63,554 nt of DNA, filler included, from Globobulimina sp. (GCA_003354225.1; 31 parts of 31 records of this genome joined end to end with filler, not necessarily neighbours in it), one strand, 5' to 3'. Shown: positions 11,905 through 24,655, counted from the whole stretch's first letter. Notes: generated from the sequence alone by a model not told the origin. A program made the numbers and translations.

Positions 11905-12038
11905 TTATTTTAATTTTAATTATTTTTACGTTTTTCTATCGATCATTTTTCAAAAATCTTGCAAGTGTTAACGTTAATTTTAAACAAATTATGCATGATA
12001 TATAAATTAAGGAAAAATAATATTTATTACAGGTACGT

Positions 12039-12230
12039 TTATTCAATTTCTTGCATCATAGTTTGTACAGTCTTTAATTCGTGCAAAAACGAGTCAAGTT
12101 GCGAGGAGGTCATATTTACATCGATTGGTTTATTATCTTCTTTTATTTTCAATTGTAATCGAACCAATGATTCGTTTACATTTTGTAATATCGATGAAGA
12201 TAAAACATAATCAACACTCCATTCGATGTT
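12039..12230 (-). CDS. COMMD4: COMM domain protein C-terminus (COMMD4-like), 5'-truncated, absent from the ORF track
   Basis: Translation NIEWSVDYVLSSSILQNVNESLVRLQLKIKEDNKPIDVNMTSSQLDSFLHELKTVQTMMQEIE* matches the COMMD4 pattern WRVDYxLSSS..V.E..V.L.L...ELK..Q..M. Confidence 0.75.
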   Translation of the reverse strand, partial: NIEWSVDYVLSSSILQNVNESLVRLQLKIKEDNKPIDVNMTSSQLDSFLHELKTVQTMMQEIE

Positions 12231-12654
12231 NNNNNNNNNNNNNNNNNNNNNNNNNNNNNNNNNNNNNNNNNNNNTTAATTAATTAANNNNNNNNNNNNNN
12301 NNNNNNNNNNNNNNNNNNNNNNNNNNNNNNAAAAACTCTTTTCAAATTAGGTAGTTTCGTAAATAAACAGTCATGAATATATACATCGATTTTTAATAGT
12401 TGCTTTGTATGCATATTGTGATCGTGTTTGCCTTCTAAAGGACAAATTTTAGTGTTGTTTTTGTTGTATATATTAATTGAGAACACATTGAAAGTTAAAC
12501 GGATTTTATATAGAAAGTGGATCTGTACAATAACACTTATAAAGGGATTGAAAAATTAACACAACAAAACAAAACAAAGATAGAATAAAAATATTATAAA
12601 TACTTTCTTATTTTGCATTGGTCAAATTATGGTCAAATTATATCTAATTTGTTG

Positions 12655-14039
12655 TTAAACCATATCTACAAATTGGCAGAAATATTTTTTAAAATCATCG
12701 AGATTTATTCGATCATTTTCATATTTAAATATTGATTCTAATAAAAACATTAAATCTCTGCCAACATAGTGTTGAATATTCCAATGTTGCAATAACTGAT
12801 ACACGGAATTATTGAAAACAAAACTAAATAATGGATCAGATTCATGTGCAATGTCCCATGGACACACTCCGGTCAATAATATAAATATCGATATGCCCAA
12901 ACACCAAATATCATTCTTCTTTGCATCAAATGCATTTTTGTTATTAAAAACCTCCGGTGATTTATAATTGTCCTTTCCGCAAAATTTATTGCTCATAAAA
13001 TGAGATTTTGTAAATTTTTGCGCTAAACCTTTTTTCATATATATTTATAGATTAACACATTAAAACAACTTATTTTTAAATATGTACACATACCGAAATC
13101 ACACAGTTTTATTTGAATATCGTCAGTAAGAAATTTAATCGTATCAATGTTACCATGATCAGTATCACATTGCACCTCAATTTGAACGTCATTGATTACA
13201 AAATTTTCAAGGGAAATATCAAAATGAATGACATTTTTTGAATGTATATATTCAATACATTCAATCATTTGTTTTAATATCACCAACACCAATTTTCTCC
13301 ACTCGGATATGTACAGTTTTTTTGATCCAATTAATTCATGCGATTTAACCGCGAATTGAAATAACGATGTTCCACCATCTTCCATTGCCAACCAATAGTC
13401 TGTTTTTCTATGCATTGATTGTTAGAAATTAATAAATTCTGTAGTTTCCGAACTAAGGTATTCGACAATCGACTCATTCGAGAACGAGTCGAATACCTTA
13501 AATAAATTAAAAAACATTGATAGTGTACATAGTATGCATACGTTTGGAAAAAGCCCTGGAATTTTACAATCGAATTTGGACAATTTTTGCTTTGGGTCAA
13601 ATATTTTAAAATACTTTGTTCTGATAATATATTCTCAGCAACTCTGTATAATGCATTTTTAATAATTGCCGTTGAATTTTCATGAAGGAATTTATTTGTA
13701 ATCTTAATTACTGATTTTTGAGTTGCGCCAAATTTATTTACTTTTTGGGCTTTCCATATCATTCCTTTGTGTTAATTATATTATGAATTGAATCGTATTA
13801 GTCTGTAAAGAAGAAAATGTGCGTATTAATTAGATAGATTTACCTTGTAAAGAGTCAGACAATTTTTTACCATCATTAAATCCAATATTTTGTAATATAC
13901 GCATGATATCGTCGTTTTGTTTATGTTCCTGTGCTATTTCATGGATTACGTTTGTTAAAGATGGAGATTTTGACGGCCATGGTTTTGGTGATTTGTTCAT
14001 TATGGCATTTACTTGCGGTGTTAAGTTTATATTTGTCAT
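12655..14039 (-). CDS. Ser/Thr protein kinase, 4 exons (introns 13765-13843, 13408-13541, 13029-13093)
   Basis: VIK, HFDISLEN, LCDFG, CGKDNYKSPE and DIWCLG are present. Three GT-AG introns splice the four ORF pieces in frame. Confidence 0.9.
13454..13500. mobile_element. 47-bp inverted-repeat (MITE-like) insert in kinase intron 2
   Basis: TAAGGTATTCGAC ... GTCGAATACCTTA is a perfect 13-bp inverted repeat whose outer TA could be a target-site duplication. Confidence 0.5.
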
Positions 14040-14669
14040 TGTTTGTTGTATGATTGTTGCACTTCAAAAAAAAATATTGTTCAGCAAAATTGACAAAAAT
14101 ATATGAGCAATTAAGCATGTTGAGCAACTGGTATGATTATACGCTCTTTTTGTGTAACATGATATAATACTAAATAGTAATAGACCCATAAACAATATTG
14201 TATAGATCAGGGGAATTTTACAATACTCTGCAAAAAATTGGAATTTGAAACTTGTTTCAAATTCACTACAATTGGCAAACAAGANNNNNNNNNNNNNNNN
14301 NNNNNNNNNNNNNNNNNNNNNNNNNNNNTTAATTAATTAANNNNNNNNNNNNNNNNNNNNNNNNNNNNNNNNNNNNNNNNNNNNTTGGATGGATAAATGT
14401 ATAAAAGCTATAAATAACATAACAAATATTTTTATGTGCAAAATATCCCTAGTAACTGTAATAAAAATAATAATTGGTTTAAATTTGCTTTTGATATGAA
14501 TTATGTTAAAAATCTGCAATGATATTATTTGATTTAAAATCTTGTTGAGATATTTAATATTATGCGGTTTTTTTTTGTTGAAAAACTTTGATAGACATTT
14601 TGAAGTAAAGTAGCAAAAGCATTGCGTCGTTAACACTTGTAAATATAAAGAAATTCAAACAAAGGAATA

Positions 14670-15517
14670 ATGGCATTACAAGAGTTAAAATATGCCTTTA
14701 AAACAAATAAGAAAAAAACCCATTATATTACATCCATCTTCATCTTCATCTCATGCATAGGTCGAAAGATTTGGAGGATACGCGATCAGTCGAATCGAAT
14801 GATGGATTAAAACAATTGCAAACCGTGGCAATTGCGCCAGCCTCATCATTTCGTGTACCATCCAACGAACACCGTTTACAAACACCATGGACATTATATT
14901 GGTTAAATAAGCAATATTTAGCACCGAATTCAAAACAGGAATTATATTTAAGTAATTTGCGTAAATTAGGTACATTTAACTCAATTGAATCGTTTTGGAG
15001 ACATTATTGTCATTTACAAAGACCAAGCAAATTGGAGCATGGATTTAATATTGCCCTATTTCGAGCTAATTTAGTTCCGGCTTGGGAGGTATATATAATA
15101 TTATATATTTTCAGGAAATTTCTTTTTATTTTCTATATAATATTATATTATATATCATATGTTTATATACAGTCCTTTCCAACCGGCGGTTGTTGGATTA
15201 TTAAGATAGCGAAAAGTGAGAAATTTTTGGATGGATTATGGGAGGAACTATTAATGTCAACAATTGGTGAAAATTTTTTAACGCCAGAATTAGTTGGTAT
15301 TTTATTGTCGATTCGAAGGGAAGTTTGTATGATTACCGTTTGGAACAGGGATAATACAAAAAATGATGTAAGGTTTAGAATTGGTGAACGCTTAAAAGAA
15401 TTATTAAATTTAGATGAAGAAAGTACTGTTGAATATAAATTTTTTGTGGATAGTGTTAAAGATAAATCAACGCATCGAAATGCTACGGCTTATACATACA
15501 CTATGGTTGACCAATAA
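14670..15517 (+). CDS. eIF4E: eIF4E-family cap-binding protein (class II/4EHP-like), introns 14684-14760 and 15089-15172
   Basis: HRLQTPWTLYW, SIESFW, PAWE|SFPTGGCW, WEELL..IGE and ITVWN motifs. Tyr sits at the first cap-stacking position, and the C-terminus is DKSTHRN. Both introns are GT-AG and preserve the frame. Confidence 0.9.
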
Positions 15518-15678
15518 CTTTTGCTTTTTTTTTAATATTGTTGTCTTTATTTTTTTATAATAGTATCTTACTTACAATTGAATTGATGATCATCATTATG
15601 TTTTATTTTATATATACATGCACACCGTCAGAAGAAAGAACTATTAAATGCGCGCAAGGCACTATATATGCAAGTCTT

Positions 15679-15720
15679 TCTTGTACATGAAATGTTGTAG
15701 AATTCTACAAGTTGGGACAA
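15679..15720. repeat. 42-bp dispersed palindromic repeat (copy 2)
   Basis: Identical to 4147-4188. Lies between the convergent eIF4E and NMD3 3' ends. Confidence 0.9.
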
Positions 15721-15774
15721 GAAAGCACATAATATAATGTCGTTTGTGAGGTGTTACACAACTACCTAGCTTAA

Positions 15775-16338
15775 TTAGTCATTATTATCATTATCCATTT
15801 CAACATCATTTGCTTTGATAACATCCAAAGGTATCTCATTAATTAATTCAATATCATCAATATCGTCCAAATCATTATTATCTTTTTCTTCATATTCATC
15901 ATATTGCTCATTTTTATAAATATTAATCTGTGCTCTTTACTGTTTATGTAATTTTATTTGATTTAAAAATATTTCGTAATCCCTAATTTTTTTTTCTTTC
16001 ATATATTTATCCATTTTATAATTATCGGCCATTTTTATATTATCCATTCGTTTTAATTTCCATTTTCTTTTTTTATTTAAATCATAATATTTTTGAACAA
16101 TAATAACATCCGCAATTTTATGTTTTTTTGCAAATTTTTTCATTTCATTTCCAAATAAATCAATTGTGTTCGATAATTTATTTATATCATATCCTTCAAT
16201 CATATCACCATCGGATAACCAATCCAAATTTGTAATACTTTCTAATGTTTCATCATTATTTTCTCCTAAATCAGTTTCGCGAATTAATTCAACCTCCCAC
16301 AAGTCGTTGGGTCCCACAGTGGAATGCGTGGATCCCTT
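15775..16338 (-). CDS. NMD3: 60S export adaptor NMD3, C-terminal part, with in-frame TAA at 15937-15939
   Basis: RETDLGEND, GDMIEGYD, DVIIVQK, RKWKLKRM, RDYEIFL and, after the stop, RAQINIYKN plus an acidic tail. Confidence 0.8.
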
Positions 16339-16531
16339 NNNNNNNNNNNNNNNNNNNNNNNNNNNNNNNNNNNNNNNNNNNNTTAATTAATTAANNNNNN
16401 NNNNNNNNNNNNNNNNNNNNNNNNNNNNNNNNNNNNNNCTTCTCCTTAGCTTGAGCTGTCCCCAGCTCATCCAAAGCAAGTACCATACCAGGTTACCATA
16501 TTATTTATGAAAGTGAAACAAGAAGTACGGC

Positions 16532-16788
16532 TCTAGCCAGAACAAAAAGATCTGTGTCAGGGCACAGACATACAAGGATCAGCAGTCAGCATACTTGTAA
16601 AATACGGACAAAATGGGGCACAACAAAATAAAAAACGGGCATACAGTACATAGGGGTCACAGGGCGCGGGTGTCCGAACAATGGGACACAAGAAAACAAA
16701 AACGGGGCACAAATATATATATATATATAGCACGGGGCACGAGGTTTTCCAACCATGAGGCACCATAAGAAAGAGCACATAGGCTAGA
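16532..16788. repeat. Cluster of degenerate GGGCAC motifs
   Basis: About 10 GGGCAC-like hexamers in one orientation within 230 bp of otherwise AT-rich DNA. Confidence 0.55.
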
Positions 16789-17555
16789 ATGCCAGAAAAT
16801 GCATAGAAGTAAGCATTGAACTTACCTTAGAGCAGTAAGTGTCACCGATGCCCGTAGCAACGTGTCTTGACATTTTCAAGCAGTGAAGGCAAGTTACTCA
16901 GGGTACCAGGGCACAAACAAACAGTAGATGTGCTACTGTATCACTGGCATAAGCGATAGTTAACAGTTATGACAGAAAGTGTTGGGGCAATATGATAGTC
17001 TCGATAAGCATAGCATAGAAAAGAAAAAGAAAACACTTAAAAACATGTACACATAAAACAAAACAAAACACACATACATAATAAACAACAACACCCAAAA
17101 TTATGACAAGTTACCAAGGGGAAATATAACAAATTCGAAGCACAGACGGCTCATAGCCAGAAATCACATAATTATTATTTTTTTTGTTATTTTCCAGGAA
17201 CTCTTTTTTTGTAATTTTTATATTTTTTTCTGTTACTCTTTTGACCGAAAATCATTTTAGAAGAACAACCAAATTAGCATAAATAATTACAATTTTTTAC
17301 GCAAAAATATACAAATTCAAAGTCAAGAATTGACTAAAAGTTAGAAAATATACTAAAATATAGAATGAATATTAATAATACTTACAATATTAATTGTAAA
17401 TGTGAATAATTATCAATAACACATACTGTGAGGTGTGTTATATGGTCTTCCCATTGGTAGGGAACCACCAGGTAAACACAAACACTTGTTTTCGAAATCA
17501 AAAGTCTACTTAGGGATATTAAAATTTTTGCATAATATCAACTCCGATAATAAGC

Positions 17556-18392
17556 TTATAATCTGATTTGTACTACTCGCATTTTGTGCCTGATTTCTAA
17601 ACAAGAGCCAAAATATAGTGTGAACTCAGTACAACCTATTATTAGCACTTTGTGGCATGCTAACCCAATGATATTTTCATATGGACTGCGTTCTATTTTG
17701 TGAATTCCAAACGCTGGAAGTAAAACGCCATGAGCAAACAATGTTATCAGCTTTGTGCGACTACTACTCTCGAGAAATTTCACAGAGAATACATTTATTC
17801 GTTTTTTTCGAGAATTGAATTCGCCAAACAAGGTTTGATCCGAACCTGTTGTGGCAGAAAACATTGGAAACCCTTGCAAAGACCATGGAAAACAACCAGT
17901 TAATAGTGATCGGCTACCAAATGATTGAGAAAACCTTGGTCCAAAACTGTGCCCATACACAGTAGTATTAGGTATTTCCAGTAATGCTGATGGAAAGCGA
18001 AAAATTTCGATGAGTTTCTCTGTGTTTTTCTCAGTTAATTGGTTTGACCTAAGCTGTGCGACATTGCTGAATAAGAATATAAACATTATTGCAGCAAAAA
18101 AACATTTCAGCCAGCCAAGTACCTTAAATTTCTCAGAATACTTAACTGCCTGAATATTACTGCATGCAATCTTTGGTGCTAAAGTATTGTTTGATTTACA
18201 AATTTGTTCGATATTTCTACTTTTACTGCACACTGTGGATATTTTGCCTTGTTCCTCCCTCGTTTTACTGCGAGCTCTGTGGCCGTTGACAATTGAAGTC
18301 ATTTCTGCCACTTCTGGCGCTTTGGTGCATTGGTAAAAGTACTCAACTGAGGGAACTACCTGCAGAGACAGATGTCTGCATAAATCTTCTGA
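17556..18392 (-). CDS. Hypothetical protein, 5'-truncated, one hydrophobic segment
   Basis: Frame open from the contig edge to 17556. No recognised domain. Confidence 0.35.
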   Translation of the reverse strand, partial: SEDLCRHLSLQVVPSVEYFYQCTKAPEVAEMTSIVNGHRARSKTREEQGKISTVCSKSRNIEQICKSNNTLAPKIACSNIQAVKYSEKFKVLGWLKCFFAAIMFIFLFSNVAQLRSNQLTEKNTEKLIEIFRFPSALLEIPNTTVYGHSFGPRFSQSFGSRSLLTGCFPWSLQGFPMFSATTGSDQTLFGEFNSRKKRINVFSVKFLESSSRTKLITLFAHGVLLPAFGIHKIERSPYENIIGLACHKVLIIGCTEFTLYFGSCLEIRHKMRVVQIRL

Positions 18393-18497
18393 NNNNNNNN
18401 NNNNNNNNNNNNNNNNNNNNNNNNNNNNNNNNNNNNTTAATTAATTAANNNNNNNNNNNNNNNNNNNNNNNNNNNNNNNNNNNNNNNNNNNNGCAAA

Positions 18498-20406
18498 ATG
18501 AATGTGTCTGATCGTGAGGAAAAGGTGAATGATGCGGTGGATAAAAACAGCAGTAAAAGCAGTATAAGCCGCTGTGAAATTGTATACAATGAAGAAGAGA
18601 AGAAGTTTGATGGTGATGTACAGGTATAATTGATATGTAATTTTGTACATAACTCAAACAACGTTAACTGTCAGACATAATTGTCAGATTATCAATACAC
18701 TGTCAGATAAAATGTTTTTTTATATGTAGACACTGCCCACAGTGGGCGACAGAGTCAGGTTAACCGACGACATTGCGGGGAAGGTATTGTTCATCGGACC
18801 AGTGTTGAATAAGAAAGGTACATTTTACGGGATCGAATTGGATGATATCTTCGCAGAGAAAGGCAAAAACAATGGCTCTTTTCGAGGGAAACAGTACTTC
18901 GAAACCAGGAAGAATGCATTAAATGGGATATTTATCAAAAAAGATCGAATTTTGCAGACTTTTGTAGGCCAAAATAAAAACAAACGCGTTGCAGTGGCTG
19001 ATACAGTTTATGTGGATAAGTTTGGCTGTCATGGCCGAATAAAGTTTATTGGACACACCCTGTTCAAAACTGGTGTGTTGTGGTACGGCATTGAATTGGA
19101 GGAGGCGTTGGGTAAAAATGATGGAAGTGTGGATGGTATTTTTTATTTTGAATGCGGGGATAAATACGGTACGTTTGTAAAAGGCAAAGCTTTTACCACT
19201 GTGCCGTTGTTGGGAGATATTAACACCGCGAATAATGCGCAACTGTCAATGCATTCTAATTCGACGATTTCGGCGGATGAGTATTTAATGCGAGTGGACA
19301 GTATGATGTCATTGGCATCGAATGCGTCCACAATGGATTTGTTCCACCAAAGGAAAAGATATGACAATATTTTTATGGATATACTCATGACAGAAAATGA
19401 TTTGGCGGGCTTCTGTTTGATTTGGATGATTGGCTTGGTTTATGTTATAATTCTAAGGTAAATCTGCATATTTTGAGTGCTATAATAATGATAAATATGT
19501 GCTCATCAATATATGTACAGAATAAAAGAGAATGAGAATGTGATAGATACGCAGTGGTACTCTATAATAAGCATTCCGTGCATCATCTGTCTATGGACGT
19601 GGCTGTTTAGTTATGTTATCACCAAATATACACTGAAGCGCGGTGGTCACGAATCTATGGCTAAGCCGTCTTTTTATATACCATTTATATGCAAAATAGC
19701 AGTGACAATGGTATTTTTCGCCCGTTTAATGTATTATATTCGACAAAGAGTAGGCAATGAGAAGGAATATTATTTAATATGCGATATGACGTTAATAAGC
19801 ATGTATATTCTTTGTGTGTTATCCGCGATAACCTCTGAAATAATAATAACCACAGTAATGGTCAGTTCCATCTTGAATATCGATCAATTTCTGTTATTTT
19901 GCCAGGGAAACGCGTTGTTTATAAACATTTTTTTGTTTATAAGTCGGCCAATTCTATGGGTGTACAATCGCTTGATTGTAATGTTTGTTTCATTTTATTT
20001 ATATTATTATTTGGTATTTGGAGTTGGACCAATTTGTGTATCAATTTGTAAGATCTCTGATGTACAGTTATTGTCACACATTGGTGTATTTACACTGTTA
20101 TTACCTTTCCATAATGTATTGTATCTGTTGGAATTTGATAAATGGAATTTTTCATTGTCGCAATATGATGATACTACACATGCAATATTTGCTGTTATCC
20201 AACAAGTATTGATATTTACTGCGATGTTTGATTTTGTTATGGATATTTGGAGCATTTATGTAGTGGGAAAAGAGAAATATAAATTTCAGAAACATGAACC
20301 ACGGAAACATCTTTCACGAATTCAGCTATTTCCAACAAGAAAACTTGCAAAACCTTCGAATTTAGAGGTTATACAAGAATCAAAAGAGAAAAGTTATCAA
20401 CAGTAA
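18498..20406 (+). CDS. Tandem CAP-Gly domain protein fused to a polytopic membrane domain, introns 18624-18729 and 19458-19520
   Basis: Two CAP-Gly motifs (YGIELD..GKNNGS, WYGIELEEALGKNDGSVDG). The introns splice in frame to a region with about 8 hydrophobic helices. Confidence 0.8.
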
Positions 20407-20546
20407 TTAAAATATTTATACACTTTATATTTTGCTCTGCGTTTGTNNNNNNNNNNNNNNNNNNNNNNNNNNNNNNNNNNNNNNNNNNNNTTAATTAATT
20501 AANNNNNNNNNNNNNNNNNNNNNNNNNNNNNNNNNNNNNNNNNNNN

Positions 20547-21698
20547 CCCGGGAGGTCCATCAAAAGATTTACTGTAAAAGAATAGATACACTCAGAGATA
20601 AATACTGGAATCACTCAAGATTTGAACTCTCCAAAATAGCCTCCAAAATAAACACAATTCATAATCAGAAATTTGTGCAAAAAACAATGGAAACGTTTGA
20701 AAATATCGCTGAAAATCCGCGAGATCTTTGGAATATAATCTGTGGAATGAATGGAATAAAAAATGATCAGTTTGAATTAATTTATAAAAAGATAAACATC
20801 AATCTCCCAATATACTTTCCTCAAATACTTGGTTTCAATGATACATAAATGGGTCTGGTTAGTAGACCAAATAGCAAACCATAATGCACCCATCAATAGA
20901 TTTGAATGCAAGGTAAATAGAGTGAATGATAATGAAATATTACACCACACTCGGAATGATACTTTTGATGATTGGCTACATTACAAGCACAAACTGAGAC
21001 CAAATGATCTCGTGTTTGCCACTGACTCTTCCTCGAAAAATGATCTGACAGGCATAGGTGTATACTGTGTCAACGACAACAAAGAAATAGAAATAGATCA
21101 ACCTGCTGGAGCAGTTTCCAATAATTATGGTGAGCTCTTGGCAATCTATAAATGCAAATTGTACATTGAGAACCATAATATAAATACAGATAATAGACGC
21201 ATAATTATCTTCACTGATTCGCTGAATAATTATCTTCCATTGATCACCACTCCAATAAAATACAGAAAGAAATTAGATTTCCCTGACCTGTATGAGAAAA
21301 CACAGAAATTCCTGATAGATTACAAAGTCATACTTTGGAAGATAAAATCACATACCAATCCAGAGCAATGGTTCAATCATAAAGCTGACAGACTTGCAGA
21401 TAAAGGGCGAATAAATATACTCAATAATAATAGACTTGCTCTTGCTGATAATGACCTGTTCGGAATGAATATAAAAACAAGGGTAGATATATCCACCCCA
21501 ACCTCCTTCTCCATTTGGCACGGCAGTGTAGTCTACGTGCAAGCTTGGAGCCAAGGACTCATCCTCCATATGGGGTGGAAGGGTCACTCCAACTTGGCTA
21601 AGTTTTCTACACTCAAAAAGACTCAGCACAATGATCGAACATTATTCAAGAAGCATCGAAAACAATTGCAAATTCTACGTCTATACATCCCCGGATAG
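20547..21698 (+). mobile_element. Retroelement-type RNase HI region (probably the 3' end of a degenerate non-LTR element)
   Basis: VFATDSS, NNYGELLAI, IIFTDS and KSH..NHKADRLA give the RNase H acidic tetrad. Upstream frames are broken. Confidence 0.7.
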
Positions 21699-22623
21699 TC
21701 TGCACATTGTAAATCGGAAATAGCATTTGTCATCCAATATTCATCATCACAAGTCTAACATGCATTTACGGAATTTGCTTGGACCAAATGGACGAGTCTA
21801 TGGAGATGGAAACACTAACAACGCATGCCACCATTTTTACACCTGATACCTCTCGTCATGACAGACCTACAACCACGAATCATTGAGGATGATTGCCAGT
21901 TTTATATAAGGTATACTCATCATTTTTCACTCTTGAATATAACGTATGTTGGTGATTTTCAAATTATTTTGGTGATATACAAATTATTTTCTGACTATTT
22001 CTATGTATTGCATATTGCAACAAATGTGAAAAGAAATGAAATGTAATCCACACCAAATGAATAAGATTTATAAATAGCACAAAGTCTTATCCAAATCATT
22101 TCATTCCATTCAACAGTAAACAAACCACATAAAATCACCAAAATCACCAGCGATTTCTGAAAAGTTATTTTTTTTCCAACATCTAAATTAAATGAAAATA
22201 TGAAAGTCATTTGGGAATGGATCAATGGATAACAGATATTGGCATTGGGTCATGCATCATGATGTCTCGTTTGCTATGTTTGGTATTTTTGATGGTATTT
22301 GCACAGCGTACGTAGAGGTGTTTTTGGATAAAATTATATCAAAGTGTGGTAATATCAAAGTGTGGTATGTACAATATTACAAGAACGGAAAAGGGTCATT
22401 GGTTACAGTAGTGTTCCCGATAAGAGATACGCATATGATTAGCTAATATATATGATTAGTGCTAATATATTGATCATATATATATTACCCAGCGAAGATT
22501 NNNNNNNNNNNNNNNNNNNNNNNNNNNNNNNNNNNNNNNNNNNNTTAATTAATTAANNNNNNNNNNNNNNNNNNNNNNNNNNNNNNNNNNNNNNNNNNNN
22601 CATTAATAAAATCTGATGCTGCC

Positions 22624-24114
22624 TCAAATATTATCGAAGCGTGTGCAAACGCATGCCCTCAAGATGCCATTGATATCACTCAAAAAAAAATTGATATGGG
22701 GCGATGTGTTTTCTGCGGAACCTGTGAACGTGTTTCGAATGGAGACTTTGTTGTTATTCCATAACGTTTTTAATAAATTTATAAATATTTGTTTGCAGAC
22801 CGTACTGTTATTTGTTTGGACAACAAAATTCTCAAAAATCAAATGAAAATATTCCAATGAACTTGTCAGATTTAATACTTTTGAACACCACTCATAATAT
22901 TTAATATTGTCATGCATCGATAATGTCAAATCGCGCAAGAAATGCATGGTTTCCATTTGTTTAAATGTATCATCCAAAACAAATATGCGTAGCTTAATAT
23001 GTAACGATAGTTTTTTTAATTTTTTATGTATGATAAATTGTAAAAATTTCGACATCCTCAACTTACATAATTCCATATACTCCGTTTCATGATTTTGTCG
23101 ATTTTGTCCGTTTATAATGCAATAATTTGCATTTACATTATTTGATTTTGAGGCAAATAATTCGCACCAAATATCCTCAATATCTTGCAACAAATTTGTG
23201 TTTAGATTATTATGGTTAAAAAATACATTTTTAAATATGGAACGAGTTGAGATTTTTAATTGTTTTAAATTTGCAAAATTAGTTGAAATATATTGCAACA
23301 ATGCAAAATCAATCCGGATATTATACAGTTGAATTAATTTAAAATGTGATTTATTTTTATGACAAATATGCGACAATGTTTGTGTAATATTATTGGATGA
23401 TGGAGGCTGATGATTCCATAATGACGAATCGTAGATATTTATCGACGACAATGCAGTTAATGTTGGAATAAAATTCATTTTAAATAACAGTAAATCTGTA
23501 AATATATCCTCAGAATGGTTGTATTGCAGTGATAAATGAGAAACGCTTTGCGATAATTTATAAAATGAAGGCAGTGGATGGTTGCTGAATTGTTTTGAGG
23601 TTTTCATAAATGATATCATTTTACGAGATAGCCAATGAGAGACTGTATGGATAAGTAATGGCTGACGCACCGCGTAAATAAATTGATGCGATACAAACTG
23701 TGTTGAGGTCAACAATTCCTTCATGTCAACGAATGTTAAAACATTTGATAATATATTTACTGGCATTTGACTGATATCATCAATGTATAGTATCGATTTT
23801 GCTTTTTTTTCATCGTTTTTGTCGTTTTCCTGTTGCGCGTTTTCTTTCTTTTCTTTATTTTTATCTTTATTGTTTTTGATGAGTTCATAAGCGATATCTA
23901 ATGATGATTGAATGGATTTGGATGATAATAACTCATTTTTACACAATTGAAATAATAATTGAGTGATATATTTATCATTTTGTTCAACTAAATCAGTTAT
24001 CAATGGCACGACTGCTGCAATAAATAAAGATTTAAATAATACTGGATCTGTCGAATGAGTTCGAAATAATTTGGTCAATTTCAAAATAGTAGATAGCTTT
24101 TCGGTGCTCATCAT
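22624..24114 (-). CDS. F-box-like protein with Leu-rich C-terminus
   Basis: ISQMPVNILSNVLTFVDMKELLTSTQFVSHQF is F-box-like. The ORF is 496 aa. Confidence 0.6.
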   Translation of the reverse strand: MMSTEKLSTILKLTKLFRTHSTDPVLFKSLFIAAVVPLITDLVEQNDKYITQLLFQLCKNELLSSKSIQSSLDIAYELIKNNKDKNKEKKENAQQENDKNDEKKAKSILYIDDISQMPVNILSNVLTFVDMKELLTSTQFVSHQFIYAVRQPLLIHTVSHWLSRKMISFMKTSKQFSNHPLPSFYKLSQSVSHLSLQYNHSEDIFTDLLLFKMNFIPTLTALSSINIYDSSLWNHQPPSSNNITQTLSHICHKNKSHFKLIQLYNIRIDFALLQYISTNFANLKQLKISTRSIFKNVFFNHNNLNTNLLQDIEDIWCELFASKSNNVNANYCIINGQNRQNHETEYMELCKLRMSKFLQFIIHKKLKKLSLHIKLRIFVLDDTFKQMETMHFLRDLTLSMHDNIKYYEWCSKVLNLTSSLEYFHLIFENFVVQTNNSTVCKQIFINLLKTLWNNNKVSIRNTFTGSAENTSPHINFFLSDINGILRACVCTRFDNI

Positions 24115-24655
24115 CAGCTCATGTGAGTCGACAAGTTTTTTAATATAACATCATACTGAGCCTACTGATGTTTGATAAAAGCAATCGATGGAACCAACGC
24201 CCTTATACAGTATTTGCGCTCTCAATTGCGTCTGGTAAATGTATGATCGACATATCCTAACTTGGATTCCACACAAATCCGAAAACAAAACAGGATTAGT
24301 ATCGTATAGGTTGTCTTTGCATGGATGGTGCTGTATTTGTTATGCATTCCGAATATCATCAAATAAAAGATTTACTATGAATTACATTGCTGCCTTTGCT
24401 GTTACCCCGCTCGCAGTCGTTTCGTCAGCCTTTATATCATCACATATCTCAATACAATGTTATAAGCACTATATCGATATCAATGACCCGAAGATATTTA
24501 ATTTAAATTATCAAGCATTATCAATTTATGATTGGAACAGTAATTTTCATAAATNNNNNNNNNNNNNNNNNNNNNNNNNNNNNNNNNNNNNNNNNNNNTT
24601 AATTAATTAANNNNNNNNNNNNNNNNNNNNNNNNNNNNNNNNNNNNNNNNNNNNT

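Noticed and set aside
22336-22367. 16-bp tandem duplication ATATCAAAGTGTGGTA and similar short duplications and (TA)n runs elsewhere
   Set aside because: Ordinary slippage-type repeats with no further structure.
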